54,295 nt of DNA from Atractiella rhizophila (taxonomy: Eukaryota): positions 1-54,295 of the forward strand of contig MU271485.1 in NCBI GenBank assembly GCA_021432655.1. Direction: 5' to 3'. This document shows, one piece after another, positions 46,948 through 54,295 of this stretch. The notes below the pieces were generated by a model, which saw only the letters and a program-made list of their open reading frames with translations, was not told the origin of the DNA and did no database searches. Both the position numbers and the translations under genes were made by a program. Position 1 is the stretch's first letter; every line of letters starts with the position of its first letter.

Positions 46948-48302
46948 ATGCGATTTGGTTGCGAGGATGGAGGTGATTACAGGTGTTACCGTGGCTGGCT
47001 TTCGATGGCAACGGTAGGCGGCAAAGGCAGAAGACATGGACAAGGACATGGCAGCTGCCACTATGTAATGATGTGTGAGAATAAGCAGCAAGGCAAGGGA
47101 GGGAGTACGCAGACCGATAGGAAGAGGAATGGTGTTGAACGTAACAAGCCGAGAAGAGAGCGATGTGAAGAAAGAGGCGGAGGCTGTTTCAAAGTAAACA
47201 TAAAAATTAGTCAAGGTTCCAATAAAAGGATACAGAGAAATTGAGAGCAGTATTCCACCCAGTGCAGTGCCGCTGCTCCTAGGATTGCACTTGAGCTAGC
47301 ACCAGAGGAGTTGGCCGTGGATCACCGGTCCATTGCAAACCATTGGCCCATAAGAACGCTGCAATGGCAACGACCCATTGACGTGCAACTAATATTGCCC
47401 ATTATCCCTCAATCAAGATGGCATACATACCTTGAACTACAAAGTATACTGCACCTTCGTAAACCTCTCCAAGGTATTCAAGCCGTTTGAAATTCCGAAG
47501 TTGTGGTCGAAGCCGTCGCAAAAAGAGCTGGAGAAGTGCAGCACCGAAGCGTGTACCGTTCCAGCAAGCTTATAACTCCAAATGGAGAGTGTCGGTGTAG
47601 CGAGGACCATTGAGCTTTCTGTGTCGGTGTAAGCATAGCACGAACGCTTCTGCCATCAATCTAGGAAGTACATCTCAACAAAAACTAAGGACAAGCTTGC
47701 ATGAACGAAGTGAAATCCAGAGAGTCCCTTCATACTTATGAACGACTGCCACCATACAGATCCAAGTCCACAGTAAGTTTAGGACTCTCCTTCAACCATG
47801 CAAGCAGATAGCAAAAACTTACCTGATGCCTGCATTCCCTCGTCGACTCCCTCGCTAGTTGCCAAACCTGCGAAAGGTGGCGGTCGGAGATATGATGTCA
47901 CATTCAAACGACGACGAACCGAACAAGGCGGAAACGACAAACTCAACAATTCCTCAGCTATCGCCTTTCCTACGCGTGTCAAACTTCTTCTGTTGCTTGA
48001 GGGATATGGTGAGTAGGTTTACGGACGATTTTTTTCACTTTGAACGCGCTTTTCACTCCGGGTCACTAAATTTTCACTTTTGAGCCCCTGATTTTTCGAC
48101 GCGTTTTTTCCGACAATTTTGAGTCTTTCGACTCCGGTCCGACTTCTATGGGGAGAGGGATAATCCTTATGTTATGTGGGAATGTTTTATTTTGGTTATT
48201 GGAGGTGGAATTGGGCAAAAAAAGTGCGTTTTTCGGTCCTAAATTGGCGTGGCGTGCAGACTTCGACGGAGCATTGATTTGTGTCTAAGTGTCGCGTCAA
48301 TT

Positions 48303-48616
48303 NNNNNNNNNNNNNNNNNNNNNNNNNNNNNNNNNNNNNNNNNNNNNNNNNNNNNNNNNNNNNNNNNNNNNNNNNNNNNNNNNNNNNNNNNNNNNNNNNN
48401 NNNNNNNNNNNNNNNNNNNNNNNNNNNNNNNNNNNNNNNNNNNNNNNNNNNNNNNNNNNNNNNNNNNNNNNNNNNNNNNNNNNNNNNNNNNNNNNNNNNN
48501 NNNNNNNNNNNNNNNNNNNNNNNNNNNNNNNNNNNNNNNNNNNNNNNNNNNNNNNNNNNNNNNNNNNNNNNNNNNNNNNNNNNNNNNNNNNNNNNNNNNN
48601 NNNNNNNNNNNNNNNN
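48303..48616. other. Assembly gap (314 N)
   Basis: Run of N. Confidence 1.
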
Positions 48617-49366
48617 TGCTGGCGGAGCGGTTAACGGGAGGAGGAGGAGCGGTCCGCCCAGACGTGGGTCCCTGGCTGAGAAGGTCGACTCGGAGGGTTG
48701 TTGGGACGAGTCGTGCTCCCGTTTGAACTTCCAGCGTTAGCAGCATTAGAGCGTGAGGCACTTGCGTTCGGGTTAGGATTGTTACTTGCAGAAGAGGCTG
48801 GAGGAGGTCGTCCACGAGCCAAATACGCATCAGTAAATGCCTGCCTGTTATCCCACAATCCCAATCAGTTCGCGAACTGATAAGTAGATGCAATGAATGA
48901 GAAAAGGTGACGGCACGCTTTCGCTCGTTTCCGTTCGGCAATAGCTGCTCTTTCAGCTGCTGTTGACATCTCGCTGGCTGATCTGAGTGCTAAAGGAAGT
49001 TCAAAGGTGGAATTGGTGGATATGGGATGTGGGCAATGCAATAAGGTAATTCATGAGTTTGACGACGGTAAACTGAGACGTTAGATGATCACTTCATCCA
49101 CAAAGGCTGCCATAAGGCAACATCAAGACAAGGAGACAACATTCCGCGTTCCAACAATGGACAAAGAAAATGACATTCAGTCGCATCTATTTCGACGTTC
49201 GAGAGCAACAATCCATTACTATCTCATAATTATAGCACTTGATAAATTCACCGCAAACGCTGGGCAAATTGATAATTGACATTTGCTGAGTAGATGCATA
49301 GTAGTAATAAAGATAATGAAATAATGAAGCTGAGAACAATGAGGTACTAATAAATGGCAAGGAGAC
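48617..49366. repeat. Segmental duplication, copy 2 (includes 5' exons of a second F-box gene copy, ATG at 48969 on the minus strand)
   Basis: Near-identical to 43042-43789; truncated by the N gap. Confidence 0.95.
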
Positions 49367-49692
49367 AAGAGCATAGCGTCTTCATCATCCTTCAGTGCGC
49401 CATTCAAACTGACAGCAACCGTCGCAATTGCGGGCATGTAGCATGATCACTCAAGGCATCACGGCTGCTAATCAAACGGAAAGCGGAAAGAGAAGTTGGA
49501 AACATTCAAGTTACATGTAATACATGCGACAGCGGAATGTACGCGATTTACCCGCGGCTTGTGGCATTGCGAGCCCTGTCAAGTACTGCCGATGTACCGT
49601 ACGTCTCATTCGGATAACATGCAGGCTGTCCTTGGAGACGCTCCATTATCTGCTTCAGTCGAGTTGATTCGGTAGAGTGAAGCTTGTGAGGT

Positions 49693-52600
49693 ATGGCTAG
49701 CAGGTTCTCAAAGGCGAGGTTCTCGAGACTTGATTCTGGCGAGTATGTTTCCTATTTAAATTTTTCTTTGTGATGTTTCGTTGGGATGCTGATTGGTTGC
49801 GCGTCTTAGTCAAGCATTAGCAGCTCACAGGTCGTCGCGCTCTCTTCCCTTCTCTCGCAACCCATTCGAGGCTCCCACCAACCGCAAAGTGCTCGGCGAC
49901 CGTCGGTTCGTCTCATCTCCTCTTCCTACAGTGTATTACACTCTGACCATTTTCTGCTTCTTCGCACCGCAGGAGCAGCAGCGACGTCCGTTCGCGCGCG
50001 CTCCATCTCCGCTCGAGCTCGCACGATGGACACGAAGAAGAGGGAGAGGAGTTGGCAGATGGGCCGTGGACGGAGGGTTTGACGGATCTCTTCTTCGTCG
50101 CAGCTCTATCCTCCTTCAACAAGACGCATCAATTAGCCCAGAAGGTCTTGCTTTTCCCTTTCTCCCAAGATTGGAGCTAAATTGTTATGTCATGGATGTC
50201 AAGGTGCAATTGGCGTCCTACACTGGTGCGTTCTGTACTGCTCTCCTCTCTTTTTCATGTACCAGTATGATCCTCCCACTGAAACGGCATTTTCGCAGGA
50301 TTCTTCGTCGGTGTGTCTGCTCAATTTTCTAAACGAGTAGATTACAGCACTGAATGCGGTTGCAGTGATATGGTGGGTATGGACCTCACAAGTACGTAAA
50401 TCATCGTCCTTTCTCTTTCTCTATGACTGTCACTGACGATTCATGCGTCAAAAAGATCCTTTACGACGTAAGGTATCAGACCTCGGACATCTTCCACCGG
50501 CTAGTAAAGGTCGCCCAACTGCTCATCTTCAGCACATTCGCCGCATACTCGGGATATCTCGAACTCTCCTACGGCATAGCAGCCAATGGCGCCGATTTAG
50601 ACGGTCTCAGTCATGATGAAGAGCTGAGCAGGAAGATCCAGGATGCAGCTGAGGGCTCACAGAAGAAGAAATCACTACAGGTGACTCCTTTCGATCCAAT
50701 CCTTGAAATTGTCCCGTCAAGATATTTCTGTTGATGACCCTTTCCATCCAGGCTTTTGCTCTCACATACATCGTCTCCAGAGGTCTTCTCTCGATCCAAT
50801 ACGCACGTCGTATGTCTTTCTCCGCCCATCTGCAACTGACCTGACCGTATTTTTATTTGTCCATAGTCTGGTTTTACCTTCGAAAGGCACGTGTGCAAGG
50901 AACCGTGAGCCAGAAGACGGTGACTATCCCAATCCTCGTCTCCCTCGTCTCCGCCGCTCTCTGGGCCGCAGGATACGGCCTCCTCACCACCACTACGTCC
51001 CGCAAGTGGGCTATCGTCCGTCTCATCCTTTGGTATTCTGGCATCCTGCTCGAACTGTTGGGTGGTGCGTCATCCTCCACACTCCGAATCGTTGAATCGT
51101 GCACTGTTTGACCGTGGACGTTGTGGTGGGATGGATAGGGCTGTACGAGACCCAGCTGGAAGGTTTCGTCAGGTACCGACGGACGAATTTGGGGGAGAGG
51201 GTTGGGTAAGTTTATACTTTGCTTTCATCTTCGCTGTCAATAGCTTCGATAGTTCGAGATAGACTGACGTGACGAACGTTGACACAGGCTGCTTTCCCTC
51301 ATCATCATCGGAGAAGGCGTCATCGGCCTCGTCGAAGTCAGCACTCTTTTCTTCCCGTTCTAGAGGGCGAGTTGCGAAATGGAATTGAGAACAGGTCGCG
51401 CAGTCCGTCACAAATGGCGTAGGCTTCACGCCGATCACCTACATTCAGGTACACTCCCCGTCATATTCTCTTTCCTCTCCTAGTTGCTTTTTATCGTTGC
51501 CTACGCTGACCCTCTTCGTACACCATCATTCAGGTCCTCGCCTCCTTTGTGCGCCCATGCCCTCTATCTCCTCTTCCCTACTCTCACAATTGCATTTATA
51601 ATCCACAGTTGGTCGCTTATTGCATCTGGGCTGTCTATTTTGATGGTACGTGACCTTCACCGCCCCTCACTCGGTGCAGGTTGGATACTGAAGGTTGATG
51701 TGGTGAGGCAGGCTTCGGGAGACGACTGGAAACGGGCAGGTTGCGCTCACTTTTGTGGACTTACAAGCACTTCATCCTGCAATTAAGGTGAGGATCTTGT
51801 TATTTATGACAAGGAGCCTGAGGTGACCTTGCTTTTGCGGGACAGCATTGTCTTTATTTTCGCTGGGATCAGAGGCAGTTTGGCTATCACAGTGAGTTTC
51901 ATCCTGATTTGGCGTCCTTTCATCTGATATATCTCACTGCCGCGAACCTGCTGTTCGCGTGCTAGGAAGCAACCTTTAGCACAGAATACTTCCTTGACAA
52001 AACCATAGATTCTCTGATCAGCATATTCGACCTCAGCGGACCTCTTAACACGTCCCAGCTCACCCAGGACAACATTACGCTCGCTGGTGATTTGTCTCGG
52101 TTCGTAATTCATCTTTTCACCCCCTAACATGTGCTAACCGACTGTCAGGTTTGGAATATCATGGTGAGCGCAACCTATGCTCCCCCCATTGATCTCGATA
52201 ATTATGCCACCTATTGTGATTAGGATACCACAGGTGAAGCCTACCTCTTCAGCAAGAGTCATCTGCTGAAGGAAAACCAGCTCACCAAGTTCAGCTCTGG
52301 CTTTTTCGACGCAAATATCACGACCCAAGAGCAAGGGGACGCAGTGGTCGCGAACTTGACTGGGCAACTGGCTCAATTCGAGGTCCTACTGTTCTCACAG
52401 ATCCTGGACAAAGCAGAGATAGTTCTACAAGATGAGACCGTGCTTCTTAGGGAGGTCATCTTGAATAATCCTGCGAACGCAACTCTTCGTTCGTCATTTC
52501 CTTCCGCGTGCACTTTTCCGGTCTGACCGTATCACCGTATTAGCCAACATTTTCAGCTTCTTGTCACAGGGACTGACAGCTGGCATTAAGTGAGAGTTCA

Positions 52601-53222
52601 CAGTTTGAATAAAAAGACATTAACGTCCTCATAGACCTTCTCTCTATGTATTCACGTCCTGTGGAGTCTTCCTCCTTCTACTAGCCATCCTCAGACTCCA
52701 AGTCCGATGGCCCACTGATTTGTACGGCTGGCTCTCGATCGCCGTCCTCGGAGTTTTCGGAACCATCTTCTCCTTCTTCACTATCTTCAGCAAAGGAGAT
52801 GGAAATATTAAAGTTGTCAATGACGACGGGGATATAGGATCTGTCCCTAAAGTATACGACATAGTAGGATCGTACTGGCTGCGTAACCACATTTCTCCTT
52901 CTCATACTGCCGCTAGTGCTGGCTGATGGTGGCCTTGACAGTCCCGACGCTATTCTTGATATTCGCAATCGTCGTCTTCCTCGAACAGCTCATCCTCTTC
53001 TTCGCTACGCGGCATTACGCTCGAGAGGTCAAGAAACGGGTACTGACTGGTGACCTGACCTCTGAGCCCCCGTCCCGTACATCCACTTTCCAAAATCAGG
53101 AAGGTCATGCGGACGCTTACGAAATACCCTACCTCCCCACGTATCCCCCCGTCTCTGGAACAGGATCAGAATATACGGACGAGAAGAAGTATAGATATGA
53201 TACCATCGACTCGAACTTTTAA
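49693..53222 (+). CDS. LtrA (low temperature requirement A)-like multi-pass membrane protein, many short exons
   Basis: Spliced motifs LPFSRNPF, GPWTEGLTDLFFVAAL, VIWWVWTSQ|ILYDVRYQTSDIFHR and NLGERVG|LLSLIIIGEGVIG (LtrA ER-G---I--GE signature); multiple TM segments. Confidence 0.75.
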
Positions 53223-53730
53223 ATTTTTCGAATCAATGTGCAGTTTTTCGACTTTGTTGTGATACCCTAATGTTAGGAAAAGCCGTTCAAAAGACAGCTG
53301 TACAGTTCTCCGTCATAATGCCCATCGCTCACGTAATGCTTTTGAAGTGACCTACAGAAAGTGGAAGAAAATGGGCGTGGGCCAGATCCTCGAGTGGCTA
53401 CTGGCAAATTGATTCTTCACCACTGCCAGAGTAATGGCTATGTCCAAACATTTGAATGACAGCCGTGAACAATCAATGATCGACGATCTTTCGAAACAAA
53501 TCCCCTTAGGTCCATATGGGTCTGCAGGTTTAGGTCTACTTCGCTAATGTCTCAGACCACCACGTTTCAGATGCGCCTTGCACCGGAAGGTAACTTAACG
53601 AAGTCAAAATCATTTGACTAGAAAAGGTTTCTGATTACAAAAGGAAAAAGCGTGTTTGGAGTCGTTTGGAGACAACAGACGTGTTTTGGTTTGTGTTGAT
53701 AACAACTTTTATCGACGTCAACTTTTACCC

Positions 53731-54295
53731 ATGTCCTCTCCTCCATCTCCAGCACAGTCATCTATGGCTGTCTCTCTTCCCACTTCTACGCCAACTCAGA
53801 GTTCCGCCACCTCCAAATCAAACTCCAGGAGTGAAGACCCGACTGCGGCCAAAGCTTTCCTCGACGTTGGAGTGCAAATGGAGGGAAATTTTCGCATGGT
53901 TGAGACCTCAAAAATTGTTAACTTACTGCCTCAATGCGCAAACCAGATGCCAGAGGTCGGGGCCTTCAATGAAACAGAGTATAAGGCTAAAGACTACACA
54001 CCATTTGTGAGTTTTCCCCATACTATTTGAGCGCGTTCCCCATCGCGATATTTTGATACTGATGAAATTCACAGATTAGTTATATGACACACTTCCTTGC
54101 CGAAAAATGGAAGTTTGTGAGCACAGACGGCCATTCCGATTCTCAAGTACCATCTTTCTCCAAATTAAGCTCTGTCAAGCCAGATATCATTCTGTACGGG
54201 CCTAATTACGACCCCAGCACAGAAGGAATCTGCAATATGGCAAAGGCGGAGCTATTCGCGGAATTCAAGGAATGTGAAGACAGTGAACCTTTCTA
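53731..54295 (+). CDS. Fungal-specific protein kinase (FunK1-like), N-terminal part only; runs off window
   Basis: After intron: SVKPDIILY...MAKAELFAEFKECEDSEPF, resembling the KPD...EFK...DPF segment that precedes FunK1 kinase domains; the catalytic motifs are outside the window. Confidence 0.5.

Noticed and set aside
48020..48302. T-tract-rich sequence before the gap as rDNA spacer or TE end
   Set aside because: No rRNA sequence or identifiable terminus; cannot be assigned.
48249..48941. ORFs spanning the N run
   Set aside because: Artefacts of translating through an assembly gap.

Overview
Eukaryotic, intron-rich fungal genomic DNA, most likely a basidiomycete (dense ~50-65 nt GT-AG introns with GTGAGT/GTGCGT/GTTCGT/GTACGT donors and CTRAC/CTAAT branch sites), so the supplied ORF track fragments most genes. 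Housekeeping genes: ICP55-like Xaa-Pro peptidase (5' partial), a CUE-domain protein, cytosolic Hsp70 (SSA), mitochondrial mL46/MRPL17, V-ATPase subunit H (VMA13), BiP (KAR2) and SNARE USE1. Other genes: a divergent kinase, a small secreted protein, a trypsin-fold protease, WD40-like and F-box/LRR-like genes, an LtrA-like membrane protein and a 3'-partial FunK1-like kinase. About 14.5-27 kb is a nest of decayed transposons: a hAT transposase split by a 490-bp solo LTR, a hidden gag zinc-knuckle ORF and tandem repeats. About 43.8-48.3 kb holds decayed gene pieces (MSS116-like helicase; intron-retaining SHMT 3' end) between two copies of a ~750-bp duplication, next to a 314-N gap. The best leads are that fragment block and the protease gene, which is followed by five regular introns in non-coding sequence. 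No clearly new multi-gene system can be established from sequence alone. Exon boundaries were read by eye and are approximate.
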